DNA from: Dendrobates tinctorius
Lineage: Eukaryota
DNA: 64,000 bases
NCBI RefSeq assembly: GCF_039654945.1
Contig: NW_027361711.1
Span: 9,052,001-9,116,000 of the forward strand
Reading direction: 5' to 3'
Below the pieces are notes generated by a model. That model was not told the origin of the DNA. It saw only the letters and a list, made by a program, of their open reading frames with translations, and searched no databases. The position numbers and the translations under genes were made by a program. This document shows positions 1-13,045 of this stretch, piece by piece. Numbering within the stretch: the first letter of the stretch is position 1; every line of letters begins with the position of its first letter.

Positions 1-1924
1 TTTAGAGGAGCAGGAATTCAGACTGGTCTCCAAGGATCCCACAGAGAAATCACCCGCAGGGCAGAAGGGCGTCGGCAGCCTTATATCCAGTCAGTAACTC
101 CACTCAGCCAGTCATCATCATCAGCCTCAGGTGTTTGATAATCAGGCTCACTACCTTTCTTTACCAGAAGAGGGAGTTCCTCGGGCCTCAGTAGTGAAGG
201 GGAAAATGAACTCACAACAGCTAGAGTTAGGGCTGAGATTAGGGTTAGGGGTGTGTTGGGGTTAGGATTGGAGTTAGAATTGGGGGGTTTCCACTGTTTG
301 GGCACATCAGGTGCTCTCCAAACGCAACATGGCGTCTGATCTCAATTCCAGACAATTATGCGTTGAAAAAGTCAAATGGTGCTCCTTCCCTTCCAAGCTC
401 TGCCATGTGCCCAAACAGTGTTTTACCCCCACATATTGGGTATCAGCCTACTCAGGACTAATTTCAAAACAACTTTTGGGGTCCAATTTCTCCTGTTACC
501 CTTAGGAAAATAAAAAATTGGGGGCAAAAATATCATTTTTGTGGAAAAAAATCAGATTTTTTTATTTTCACGCCCGGGCGTTATAAACTTCTGTGAAGAA
601 CTTGGGGGTTCAAAGTGCTCACCACACATCTAGATAAGTTCCTTAGGGGGTCTAGTTTCCAAAATGGGGTCACTTGTGGGGGGTTTCCACTGTTTAGGTA
701 CATCAGGGGCTCGCCAAAGGCAACTTGACACCCGCAGACCATTCCATCAAAGTCTGCATTCCAAAACATCACTACTTCCCTTCCGACCCCCGACGTGTGC
801 CCATACAGTAGTTTTCTCCCACATATGGGGTATCACCGTACTCAAGGAAAATTGGACAACAACTTTTGGGGTCCAATTTCTCCTGTTACCCTTGGAAAAA
901 TAAAAAAATTGGGGACTAAAAGATCATGTTTGTGGAAAAAATACGATTTTTTTTATTTTCACGCCCGGGCGTTATAAACTTTTTTGAAGCACTGGGGGGT
1001 TCAAAGTGCTCACCACACATCTAGATAAGTTCCTTAGGGGGTCTAGTTTCCTTAATGGGGTCACTTGTGGGGAGTTTCCACTGCTTAGGTACATCAGGGG
1101 CTCTGCAAAGGCAACATGACACCCGCAGACCATTCTATCAAATTCTGCATTCCAAAACGTCACTACTTCCTTTCCGAGCCCTGACGTGTGCCCATACAGT
1201 AGTTTTCTCCCACATATGGGGTATCAGCGTACTCAGAACAAATTGGACAACAACTTTTGGGGTCCAATTTCTCCTGTTACCATTGGGAAAATAAAAAAAT
1301 TGGGGACTAAAAGATCATGTTTGTGGAAAAAATATGATTTTTTTATTTTCATGCCCGGGCATTATAAACTTCTGTGAAGCCCTTGGGGGTTCAAAGTGCT
1401 CCCCACACATCTAGATAAGTTACTTGGAGTGTCTAGTTTCCAAATTGGTGTCATTTGTGGGGGGTTTCCACTGTTTAGGCACATCAGGGGCTTTCCAAAT
1501 GCGGCATGGCGTCCAATCCCAATTTCAATGGCGGTGCTCCCCTTCCGAGCTCTGCCATGCGCCCAAAGAGTGGTTTTCTCCCACATATGGGGTATCAGCA
1601 TACTCAGGACAAATTGCACAATAATAATAATGGGAATTTCCCACGCAGCAATGGCATAAAGTGAGACTAGGGACTTTTTTTTTTTAAAGTGGTGGAGGAA
1701 TACAGTGCGGAAGGATACCTACCTTCCGTCATTGTATTCCTGGAGCTGGTAGAGAACGGTAGCATCAGCTGATGCTGCTGTTCTCCAAGCAAGATGGACG
1801 TGGGACCCTCGTGGACTTCTGCGGATCGGGGTAAGTATATTGGTGTTTTTTTATTTTGATATTTATTCCTCAGGCAACAATGGCTTCGGGGATCAAAGTG
1901 ACAAGTGACGGTGAGTATGTACTC

Positions 1925-2870
1925 TATGTTATATGTACTGTATGTCTATATGTATGTATTGTATGTAGTATATATGTATGTTGCATGCATGTAGTATATA
2001 TGCAGTATATATGTAGTATGCATGTTGCATGCATGTGGTATATATGTAGTATGTATGTTGCATGCATGTAGTGTATGTATGTAGTATGTATGTAGCATGT
2101 ATGTAGTATGTATGTAGTATGCATGTAGTATATATGTAGTATGTATGTTACATGTAGTATATATAGTATATATGTAGTATGCATGTTGCATGCATGTAGT
2201 ATATATGTTGTATGTATGTTGCATGCATGTAGTATATATGTATTATGTATGTAGCATGTATGTAGTATGTATGTAGTATGCATGTAGTATATATGTAGTA
2301 TGTATGTTACATGTAGTATATATAGTATATATATAGTATGCATGTTGCATGCATGTAGTATATATGTTGTATGTATGTTGCATGCATGTAGTATATATGT
2401 ATTATGTATGTAGTATGTATGTAGCATGTATGTAGTATGTAGCATGCATGTAGTATGTAGCATGTATGTAGTATGTATGTTACATGTAGTATATATGTAG
2501 TATGCATGTTGTATGTATGTAGCATGTATGTAGTATGTATGTTACATGTAGTATATATGTATTATGTATGTAGTAAGTATGTAGCATGTATGTAGTATGT
2601 ATGTAGTATGCATGTAGTATATATGTAGTATGTATGTTACATGTAGTATATATAGTATATATATAGTATGCATGTTGCATTCATGTAGTATATATGTTGT
2701 ATGTATGTTGCATGCATGTAGTATATATGTATTATGTATGTAGTATGTATGTAGAATGTATGTAGTATGTAGCATGCATGTAGTATGTAGCATGTATGTA
2801 TTATGTATGTTGCATGTAGTATATATGTAGTATGCATGTTGTATGTATGTAGCATGTATGAAGCATGTAA
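1925..2870. repeat. Complex (TATG/TAGTA/GCAT)n micro/minisatellite
   Basis: ~950 bp of TATG/CATG/TAGT units with higher-order repetition. Confidence 0.95.
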
Positions 2871-3004
2871 ATTTTTTTTTTTTTTTTACATTCAACACAT
2901 TAGCCGGATGATGGGACTACTACTGTCCCATCATTGGCTAATGTGTCAATCACTGTCATGGTAGCAGGCATCGCCCGATGGGACTTGTAGTCCCATTGGA
3001 CAAT

Positions 3005-3250
3005 GCCTGCACAGACTACCGGAGCCTGCACAGACCACCGGCAGGCCGGCACAGCCCCCCCGGCAGGCCGGCACAGCCCCCGGAGCCTGCACAGACCACC
3101 GGCAGGCCGGCACAGACCACCGGAGCATGCACAGACCACCGGCAGGCCGGCACAGCCCCCCAGCAGGCCGGCACAGACCACCGGAGCCTGCACAGACCCC
3201 CTGGCAGGCCGGCACAGCCCCCCGAAAGGCCCGTACAGACCCCAGAGAGG
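3005..3250. repeat. GC-rich minisatellite (GCACAGACCACCGGCAGGCCG variants)
   Basis: Tandem 16-21 bp units visible directly. Confidence 0.9.
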
Positions 3251-5143
3251 CTGTACAAGGCAAAATAGGGTTTTTCTTATTCCGATACCGGAAGTCCCAT
3301 AGACTTGAATGGGACTTCCGGTATCGGAATCGGCGATATCCGATATTTTTTTTAGATCGGCCGATACCATCCGATCCGATACTTTTAAGTATCGGACGGT
3401 ATCGCTCAACACTACTCACCACACATCTAGATAAGTTCCTAGGGGGGTCTAGTTTCCAAAATGGGGTTACTTGTGGGGGGTTTCCACTGTTTAGGTACAT
3501 CAGGGCTCTCCAAACGTGACATGGCATCCGATCTGAATTCCAACCAATTTTGCATTGAAAAAGTCAAACGGCGCTCCTTCCCTTCTGAGCTCTGCCATGC
3601 GCCGAAACAGTGGTTCCCCCCCACATATCAGGTATCAGCGTACTCAGGAGAAATTACACAATAACTTTTGCAGTCCAATTTCTCCAGTTACCCTTGGTAA
3701 AATAAAAAAAACTTGGACCTGAAGTAATTTTTTTGTGAAAAAAAGTTAAATGATCATTTTTTTTAAACATTCAAAAAATTCCTGTGAAGCACCTGAAGGG
3801 TTAATAAACTTCTTGAATATGGTTTTGAGCACCTTGAGGGGTGAAGTTTTTAGAATGATGTCACTTTTGGGTATTTTCTATCATATAGACCCCTCAAAGT
3901 GACTTCAAATGTGATGTGGTCCATAAAAATAAAATGGTGTTGCAAAAATGAGAAATTGCTGGTCAATTTTTAACCCTTATAACTTCCTAACAAAAAAAAA
4001 TTTTGGTTCCAAAATTGTGCTGATGTAAAGCAAACATAAAAAATGTTATTTATTAAGTTTTTTGTGTGCCATATCTTTGTGATTTAAGGGCATAAAAATT
4101 CAAAGTTGGAAAATTGCAAAATTTTCAAAATTTTCGACAAATTTCCATTTCTTTCACAAATAAACGCAAGTTATTTGAATGAAGTTTTACCACTAACATG
4201 AAGTACAATATGTCACAATAAAACAGTGTCAGAATCACTGGGATCCATGGAAGCGTTTCAGAGTTATTACCTCATAAAGGGACAGTGGTCAGAATTGTAA
4301 AAATTGGCCCAGTCATGAACGTGCAAACCACCCTTGTGGGTTAAGGGGTTAAATTTCTCCAGATCTTAGTTCATCCTTGGATGTTCTTCCATTGGGGCCC
4401 TCAGATATCAGATGTCATTTACAAGCAAACCTGGCAGAAAATGGTTATTCTCAGTCCACTAGCCACCATGAATGGCTTAAGAAAGATTCATATATGAAGA
4501 ACTCTCTCATTGAACTAAAAGAAGTGATGATTCCAGGAGACCTTAATTCATCCTAAAACAAAGATGAGAAGACACCCATAGTCAATATTGACCAACGCTG
4601 ACAACTTCAGCTACACAGTTGTGAGCCGCACATCGTGTACCAGCTGGGGCTGCCAATAGTTTAAAGATTGTAAATAAGGAAATTGCAGCAACCATATCTA
4701 ATTTTTAATTGCTAGGAAAATAACTGATATAAAGCCATATTACCAGTTGTTTATTGAGTAGTTTAAGGATATTTGTCTTGTCAAGCTAAAAAATTCAGAC
4801 TTAATAGTATAATTGTTATTAATAGAAATAATTTGCTTAAAAACACATCCTGTCATTTTTATTGTAACTGCCTCCCAGGATATGTCCTAAATATCGAGAA
4901 ACCACTCCCTATCATTCAGCAAACCAACAATATAGGTGTGCCTAGGGAATAGGTGGTGATGTATGTGTGTGACCACCCCGAAGCCCATGTATGGTAAGGA
5001 GAATACCAGCAAGCAAATGTAACTATTTTTGCAACCCGTATGGACTTTAGTGTATGAGGACAACTCTCATCTCCCTACATCTCTTCTATTATGAGCAAAA
5101 AATCAAAGAGATATGCGAACTGTGCTAAGAAATTAATGTAGAC

Positions 5144-5289
5144 TAGAGTTGAGCGACTTTGGTCGGATCGGGTTTCATGAAACAAAATTTGTTTCAGATG
5201 AAACTGGTCCGACTAGGGCAAAAAAAAGTCGGAGTTTCGTCCGAAACCCGACCCCATTGCAAGTTAATGGGGAATAAAAGTCGGCATTT
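5144..5289 (+). mobile_element. Half copy of hAT-like MITE (TAGAGTTGAGCGA family)
   Basis: Near-identical to one arm of the complete copy at 48371-48656. Confidence 0.8.
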
Positions 5290-5766
5290 TCTTTTTTTTA
5301 AAATGGACTGTAGTGCCATCAGTGATACATTGGGATGCTTGGACTTTTGAACTATAATAGGAAAAATTGGACAATAGTGCTATTCTTTAATCACACAGGT
5401 AGGAACCACCGTATCACTCATTGGCAATTAATTTCTGAACGTTCTCTACAGTCTTATGTACGAGTATCTATTTCCATTAGTATCTTCAATACACAATAGC
5501 ACAGTTCACAATTTTTTTATTTTTTGTCTAAATTTCACGTGCATGCTATGCAGGTAGTGTGCTGATAACTGCAGCTGCGGATATCAGGATGTAGGCGCTG
5601 GTGTAGTTATACATATTTCTTTTAATAAGAGGATGCCCCTTGAAAGTTTTGGCTTCTCTCAATGGGGTTAGGGTACCCCAAGTCTTCCAATAACTAGGAA
5701 TCTCCTAAGCAAACATAATTGTAGAACTTCTTATGAACGAACCTTTGTAAATGACATCTGATTTAA

Positions 5767-6410
5767 AGCAAACCTGTCAGCTGATTGGGCCGCTATAAGT
5801 TTCCGCCATCCGCCTTTCAGGGCTTATCTACAGCATTCTATAATGCTGTAGATAAGCCCCCGATCTGACCTGCAAGATAACAAAAATAAGTTTTATTATA
5901 ATCACCCGGGGGCGGTTCGATCCAATGGGTGTCACAGGTCCGGCGTCTCCCATCTTCTTGCGACGACGCCCTCCTGCTTGCTTCACTGGCTCCCCGGCAT
6001 CGCGCTCCTGCGCAGGCATACTTCTCTGCCCTGTTGAGGTCAGACCAAAGTACTACAGTGCGCAGGCGCCAGGAAAGGTCAGAGATACCCAATGCCTGCG
6101 CACTGCAGGAATCTGCTCTGCCCTCAACAGGGCAGAGGAGTACACCTATGTAGGAGAGTGATGCCCCGGGGAGCTATGAATCAAGCAGGAGGGTGGCGTC
6201 GAAAGAAGATATGAGGTGCTGGACCCAAACCTGCGACACCCATAGGACCGGATAGCACCGGACCGCTCCCCTGGGTGAGTATAATAAAACTTATTTTTCT
6301 TATCTTGCAGGTTGGATCAGGGCCTTATCTACAGCATTATAGAATGCTGTAGATAAGCCCTGAAAGGCGGTGGCCGCATCTTATACAAAACAGCTAACAG
6401 GTTTCCCCCT
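5767..6410. mobile_element. Kolobok/T2-like palindromic MITE
   Basis: TTAA at both ends (5763-66, 6411-14). AG(G/C)AAACCTGT termini. Arms are long inverted repeats, each with the hairpin GGGCTTATCTACAGCATT..AATGCTGTAGATAAGCCC. Confidence 0.85.
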
Positions 6411-7651
6411 TTAAGCTTTATTTAAAAAAAAACTTTGGACATTTCATATTGTACTTATAGCTAAATATTAATGTTGGTAACATATCAAAAGGCTCAAATT
6501 TACAATAATTTATTGGATTTTTAGAAATAAAATTACTTTCCAAAATGCTTTAGTTTTTAAATGTTCTTAATGATTTCAACTGCAAAAATGTAAATGTTTT
6601 TGTAAACGCTCATTGACGTAAAATATCTGGGCGTGCCACATATTTATCTGCAATGATGAGAAAGCAGCTGCAGGAGCATGAAGGCAGCTATTAGAATAAG
6701 CCATACTCCTCATAGAGAAGACAGAGATTGTTTATGACCATCTTTACCTTCCTGATAACTACATACACAATACTGAGCATATAGCACAGGAAGCACTAAC
6801 AACGGTTCCTCCTTCAGTCATCTGATCATCAGGTGCTGGGAGCTTATAGATTGAGATCCACCCTGCAATTCATCCAGGAGGCTGAATTTACCCTGTAACT
6901 GGAGTTAAGATATCAATCTCAGTTCCAGGGGAAATCATATGTGTAAGTATGGTGTCCCTATTGAGAGGCGCAATGTGTGAAATAAATAAAAATAAAAATA
7001 AATTTAAAATAAAATAATAACAAATAAGCCACTACCAATTTGAATCATAATTGCTAATATCCCCCCCTTTCCATTGAAAAAAAAGTGTGTCAGACATCTA
7101 AAAATAGTTGTTATGGATAGGGGAACAAAGATCACATTTAAAATGTATTTTAGTGGTCTATTGTGGTTATTAAAACAAAATTAAAATGTTAAAAACAAAC
7201 ATGAATTTCTATTTTTGTCCCCCCGAAATTTGCTCAATATTGGAAAAAAAATAATACAAAAGTAAAATATAAATTCAGCCCAACACATCAGGAAAAAAAA
7301 ATGAAAAAATATTTGAATATCCAAATAAGAACACATTTTAGAGCAAAATAGCCAGATCTTGATACTGATTATGATATGTCAATATATTAATCTCAGACGG
7401 CCCCTTTAAAGACATTATAACGAGAAAATGATCTCTGCAGATAAGTAGTACATTCTCAGAAATTGTACATTACCAGTGTGCAATTCATCTTATCTGCTGA
7501 GCCATATTCGGGAGTGGTGGTAATTTTGCAGAAGATAAGGACAATGCGTGAAATGTATTATTTTATAGAATAAACTGTTTAGTAAGCATTGCATCATGAA
7601 ATATATCCACCAACAGTGACACTGAGGTCTTGAGGTTGAAAAACAGCCTTA

Positions 7652-8030
7652 GGCCTGTTTCACATTTCCGTCTTTTAAGGTCAGTCAAAATCGGTCAGGC
7701 GGTTAAAAAACGGATCCGTCTCTGTCATGATCCAAACTGATGCCACTGGATCCGTTATGTATACGGATCCGCTGCAGCCGGGAAGAGGGTGAAATTTAAA
7801 GCAACCGCGGCCTGGAAAAACAAGAGAGAGAGAGAGAGATTTGTTTCTCCCCCACGGCCTTACCGGAACGCTATTCAGGGTTAAAATCCCTGCCACAGTA
7901 AGGCCTGTTTCACATTTCCGTTTTTTGACGTCAGTCAAAATCCGCCACTTTTAGAAAAAAATGGATCCGCCCCTTTTTTGGCAGACTTACTGTGGCAGGG
8001 ATTTTAACCCTGAATAGCGTTCTGGTAAGG
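7652..8030. mobile_element. Rearranged Harbinger-like MITE (GGCCTGTTTCACA family): two left termini plus an inverted duplication
   Basis: TTA|GGCCTGTTTCACA at 7652 and TAA|GGCCTGTTTCACA at ~7902; 7858-7902 is repeated in inverted form at 7986-8030. Confidence 0.7.
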
Positions 8031-8703
8031 TCTTGAAATATAGAGTGGCGCTATTATTTATAGCTTACACCAACAAAGAAATGAAAATACTACCAGTGTT
8101 TTCAATACTCAATAGTAGTTACTTCTAGGCACTGACCCCTTGTTCAGGTTTCCTTTACATTTACAGGTAGACCTTATGTTTTTTTCATAGCAAATATATA
8201 TTAGGTGGAGAATGACAAAGCTTTCCTTATCACTTGGATATACAAATCTATGGCCCCAGGGCCACATTCATAGATTAGACTACATAAGGAGTCACAGTAT
8301 CATATTCATTAAATTTACACCACAAAAGAAGAACATAGCTAAAGCAAAGTTGAGTGAATTCTAGGGATTGTCTGGGTGCAAACTGTATAGCTTGCTAGGG
8401 AATTCAGAATTTACAGAGAAGGGTCCTCTGTTCAGGATTCTCATCTCTTGGCCAAAAAGTGGTACTAAAGAGAGTTTCTTGAACTGAAATTCAAGACAAA
8501 TCTTTTGATTTCATTGAGCACTGCATAATGTTTAACATGACCCTGTCATCAGATTCAAGCTGTCTGAAACATTGGCAGCATGAATTAATAATGCTCCAGC
8601 ATTTCAGAGAAAACATACGTTGATCAGTTGGTCGGGGGCTATGAATCTCGGATGAGTAGTCTGAGTCAGATCCCTGCTCCGCTCATCCAGAATGTCAGAT
8701 TTA

Positions 8704-8916
8704 GGGCTCATACTCACTTGCGAGAGACTCGCACGATTCTCGTTCGAGTCTCTCGCATAACCTGGCACTGCCGCCGGCACTGGGACCGGAGTGTGCGGCT
8801 GCATAGAAATACATGTAGCTGCACGCTCCGGTCCGAGTGCCGGTGGCAGTGCCAGGTTTTCATGCGAGAGACTCGAACGAAAATTGTACGAATCTCTCGC
8901 AAGTGAGTATGAGCCC
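8704..8916. mobile_element. Harbinger-like palindromic MITE
   Basis: TTA TSD on both sides; TIR GGGCTCATACTCACTTGCGAGAGA; almost wholly palindromic. Confidence 0.9.
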
Positions 8917-9737
8917 TTATTCTTATACACGCACATATAGGGATAGACATGTCAATCTAAGGGAGTGGAGAATCTTCCTTGGATTTGTCTTCGAGGTACA
9001 GAATGTTTTATTTAAGTATGTTTTTTTCTGAAACATCACCAAATAATACATAAAATAACTCAACCAATGTCTGTTCATGTGACCTGTGGTTCAAGCAGCA
9101 TGAATCTGCTGTCAGGAGACACACAGACAGACATTGTTTTGACAGAGGTGAACACTGGGCAGCTTGTAAAGATGTTACAGACACTGCAGATTCAGCAGAC
9201 TTATTAACGCTAGATTCTCCGACAGCGAGGACAGATACGTGGGACAGTGATCATAACCATTGTAGGAGTTTTCTCCAGCTTGTTTCTTCAGTTTTGACAA
9301 ACCAACCTATCCTACCATACTACTTTACATATTTAGGGAGCTACTCACTAGCGCAGCCTATTGGGCTAAACATGGGATCTGCCAAATTATACCAGACAAT
9401 CCAAGATGTGCCATGCTGATAGGCTCCTACCCAAAAAGACTGAATGCTGTCATAAATACAAACGCTACCTCCACCAAGTATTAGTTTAAATGTGTGCATA
9501 TTTTTGCAATCACATTATTTTGGAAAAGATTTCAGTTTATCTCTCAATTGAATTCTACAGTTTATTGGCGACAAAGGTGGAAAAGATTCTGAAATTATTC
9601 TTGTTGATGTTTTTTTTTCAAACAACAAAAAAAATGGCATTTCAAGATGAGCATGTAGACTTTTATATATCCACTGTATAGTACAGATATACAAAATGAC
9701 TATTCGCTTGTCAGTAGTATTGACCCTGAGAAGTTTT

Positions 9738-10113
9738 GGCCCTGATTCATCAAGATCGGAGAGTTTCTTGATGGTCTCGTTGAGGGGGCGAGGTGAAGTC
9801 AGATGTTCCTGATTCATGAAGAGATGCGAGCTTCTTCATGAATCAGAAGAGTACGATGAATGGTGTGTGCCTTCTTGTGCAATTTCAGACATCTGGAGTA
9901 AGTGACTGGAATAAGATTTCTGGTATATGGAACATCACAGCTTGTCTTGTATTAGACGAGAGGGGACATCATGCAACCGCAGCATTCCTATGTCACTCCA
10001 GCTCTGCCCATTTTGGCTGGGAAGAACCGGCCAAAAGTTGAAACAAAATTGCAATAAACTGTTGCAACTTTTTAGAAGGTATTCTGGTGAAATTTCTTTG
10101 ATAAATTGGGGTC
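9738..10113. mobile_element. MITE (GGCCCTGATTCATCAA family)
   Basis: Imperfect TIRs GGCCCTGATTCATCAAGA / TCTTTGATAAATTGGGGTC; related copy at ~41665-42016. Confidence 0.6.
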
Positions 10114-10923
10114 TTTGTGTGTGGAACCTTACAAGGTCCATGCTAACAACATGACATACATAAAATATTGCCACCACTATTAACTATTACATTCCTTCTT
10201 AAGTTAACAATGCTTTATTCATAGATAACCATTAGAAACAAAATTATTTTTTTCAAAACTGCTTTGCATAAAATATTGGGTCATTTTATAATAAGCACTT
10301 CCCTTGCATACTTTTCCAAAATAAATTGCTCCAGCAAGCTTCCTAAGAAATTCCAATAAGCTAATTTTACATTTTCACGTTTGTGTCAGTAATAATTTAG
10401 TAATATTAATTAATGCAAATATCATTATAAGTAAAATGCTGAAAAACTTTTATTAAATATATATGGTAAAAAAAAACCCTAACACAATAAGCGCAGAATT
10501 GAAACACTTAATAAAGTTTATAACACATCATTCACAAAACACTAATTTACAAACATTTGGTCTATAGCACTAAAGAAAAGTACAACTAGTACTGAAAAAA
10601 ACAAAACCTCATTTAAAAAGAAGGATATGACCAGAATAATGTCGAGAGAAAAAAAACAATATTTTGGTTCTTTTAGCTCAAACTGTTCTAGTCCTCAACT
10701 GGTTTGACAGTAGTAAATGTATAACATGTCAATCATAAATCACTAACATTAATTTAACCACATTGGTAAAATAAGAGTAAATGTATGAGGCTGCCTGGTA
10801 ATTAGCATGAAGTTATGTGTATGTAAGTCAAAGTTTGGGTTTTGGCAATACTTTATACTGATAACTCAAAAATTTCTCCATTGTGAAGTGAATGTAGCTG
10901 TGGTCATAACAGTTGACTCGTAA

Positions 10924-11536
10924 AGGGAATCTGCCACCCCTTTTTTCGAATATGATTCTGCAGGCACCGCCATCAGGGGCTTATCTACAGCATTATGTAA
11001 AGCTGTAGATAAGCCCCCGATGTACCCTGAAAGATAAGAAAAAAGAGTTATATTATACTCACCCAGGGCGTTCCGGGTCCGGTTCGGGTCCGGAGGGAGT
11101 TGCGGTCCGGTCCGGCGCCTCCCATCTTGCAGCAATGACGTCCTCTTCATTCCTGCCTGTCGCAGCTCCGGCGTAGGCGCACTGCTCTGCCCTGTTGAGG
11201 GCAGAGCAGAATACTGCAGTGCGCAGGCACCGGACCTCTCCCGGCGCCTGCGCACTGCAGGACTCTGCTCTGCCCTTCACAGGACAGAGCAGTGCACCTG
11301 CGCAGGAGCCACGACAGGAAGGAAGAGGACGGCATCGTATGAAGATGGGAGGCTCCGGACCGGACTGCGACACCCATCGGACCGGACTGAACGCCGGTGT
11401 GAGTATAATCTAACTCTTTTTTCTTATCTTTCTGGTTACGTCGGGGGCTTATCTACAGCATTACAGAATGCTGTAGATAAGCCCCTGATGGCGGTGCCGG
11501 CAGCTCATATTCGAAAAAAGGGGTGACAGATTCCCT
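10924..11536. mobile_element. Kolobok/T2-like palindromic MITE (same family as 5767-6410)
   Basis: AGGGAATCTG(C/T)CACCC termini; TTAA at 11537-40; long inverted arms with the same hairpin. Confidence 0.9.
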
Positions 11537-11760
11537 TTAACAACTGGAAGTCTAATGTTTGTCATGAATGACACCCGACAAAAGGGCAAAAGCTTAAAAT
11601 AAATCAAATATATAATTTTATGAAAATCTGACTTCACAACGTATTTCCCATGGTCTTTCTCAACACTAACATACAACAGTACATACTGTAGTTGTTTCCC
11701 ATTTTTGCCTATAAAAGTTATTAAAATTTGGAATCTTTAATCGAAAGCTAACTGACTCCC

Positions 11761-11996
11761 TAGAGTTGAGCAAATTTGTTCGGATTAGGTCGTCGATTCT
11801 GAATTTGCCATATTCGTGCCATATTGGTACCCTATTCGTGCCGAAATTATGTCTGATGATCGTTTCCGAACATATTCGTTCATTTATTCTCCTATTGACT
11901 CCAATGATGTTCGGCTATGTTCCGTGAATATTGCAAAAACAATATTCGCCGCTGATCGTAGTCGGAACATAATTTTGAAAAATTCGGTCAACTCTA
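11761..11996. mobile_element. hAT-like MITE (TAGAGTTGA termini)
   Basis: TAGAGTTGAGC ... GGTCAACTCTA inverted termini; TSD not clean. Confidence 0.7.
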
Positions 11997-12650
11997 CTCC
12001 TAACTTGCCTCTTAAAGGAACTCTGTTAGCACAGGATGACTGCTGAAACCATGGACATCTTCCGATTTGCTTGTTTTTCCTCCATCTACACCCTTATTCT
12101 TTGAATGACGGCTTTGGTTTCACAGAGCCAGAGAAGGGCGGAGACCGATGGAAACAAGCAGATGGCCACGCCATGATGCATCAGGTGCCTGTAGTTGGTT
12201 TGAAAAGTCATTCTGTGTTGACAGAGACCCTTTATAGGGATTCTGTAAGTAACATTTGCTGAAAACTAGGCTCACAAGTGTAAGGGCATATCAGTCCTTG
12301 GTTCCTCGTCGGTCTGCAGGCGCCGCCTTCCAATACATGATTAGCAGCATAGACAGAAGCTTCGCTCAAGATGTCAACCAAGCAGCAGAGGGTGGCACTG
12401 GTGGGGGAAGCTAAGAAGAGATGAGGATTGCAAGTGCACTGATACATCTACACGTGCACTTAAAGCCTAATTTGACTATGAATAAAATATTAATTTCTGC
12501 ACAATGTGGTACTAGATAGTGTCACAATAGGTATCCACAGATGTGTTTTATACTGCTCTATAATATACTGACCTTCATTTCTTAAAATAATGATGGCCAC
12601 TCGTTTTTCTTTACTTAGCTGCTTTTTTCTTGCCATAATACAAATTCTAA

Positions 12651-13045
12651 AGGTCCCGTTACATTTAGCGATGCACCAGCGATCCCGACAACGATACGAC
12701 CCGGTCAGGATCGCTGGTGCATCGCTAAATGGTCGCTAGTGAGCTGCCAAACAGGCAGATCTCACAAGAGATGCAGCAGCGGTCGGCGGTCGTCACTTAC
12801 CTGTCACACGCAGTGAGGGTGACGTCTTCCGCCCGCATCCATGGAGTCGCTTGTCGGCGCCAGCAGGAAGCCGACAACGAGAAATGGACCAGGACAATCT
12901 CGCGCTATCAGCGATATCCAACGGGGAACCGGGTCGGAGGTAAGTGTCACATGTAGCGAGATCGCTAGTGATATCGCTATTGCGTCACAAAATCGGTGAC
13001 GCTTTAGCGATATCGCTAGCGATCTCGCTATGTGTGAAGGGGGAT
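12651..13045. mobile_element. Harbinger-like MITE (AGG(T/C)CCCGTTACA family)
   Basis: TAA TSD; AGCGAT-rich inverted arms; relatives at 26105, 37926, 58381, 60993. Confidence 0.85.

Larger units (their letters stand above)
1621..3414. mobile_element. hAT-like non-autonomous element (right end only) carrying two minisatellites
   Basis: Ends ...GTATCGCTCAACACTA, the reverse complement of the TAGTGTTGAGCGA terminus, similar to 8-bp-TSD MITE termini elsewhere in the window. The host repeat resumes at 3415. Left TIR not seen. Confidence 0.55.
215..4348 (-). mobile_element. Non-autonomous piggyBac-like (TTAA, CCC-terminal) DNA transposon with ~390-bp internal tandem repeats; interrupted by an insertion at ~1621-3414
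   Basis: Ends ...AAGGGG|TTAA at 4348/4349-4352. Repeat units recur at ~391-bp spacing (homologous ORFs at 581, 972, 1362). TTAGGG-like tract at ~221-290. Same family as 21766 and 38605 in the opposite orientation. Confidence 0.8.

Noticed and set aside
215-1620. Regularly spaced repeats as a CRISPR-like array or a repeated small-gene family
   Set aside because: Whole ~390-bp units repeat with no unique spacers; eukaryotic transposon interior; no cas genes
1924-2898. His/Tyr/Ile/Thr-rich ORFs
   Set aside because: Translations of a TATG-type satellite
2900-3527. Overlapping 80-193 aa ORFs on both strands
   Set aside because: GC-rich minisatellite lacking stops; no domain
4431-4552. Minus-strand exon after a strong acceptor (TCTTTGTTTTAG)
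   Set aside because: Stops in all three frames and a weak donor; not supportable as coding
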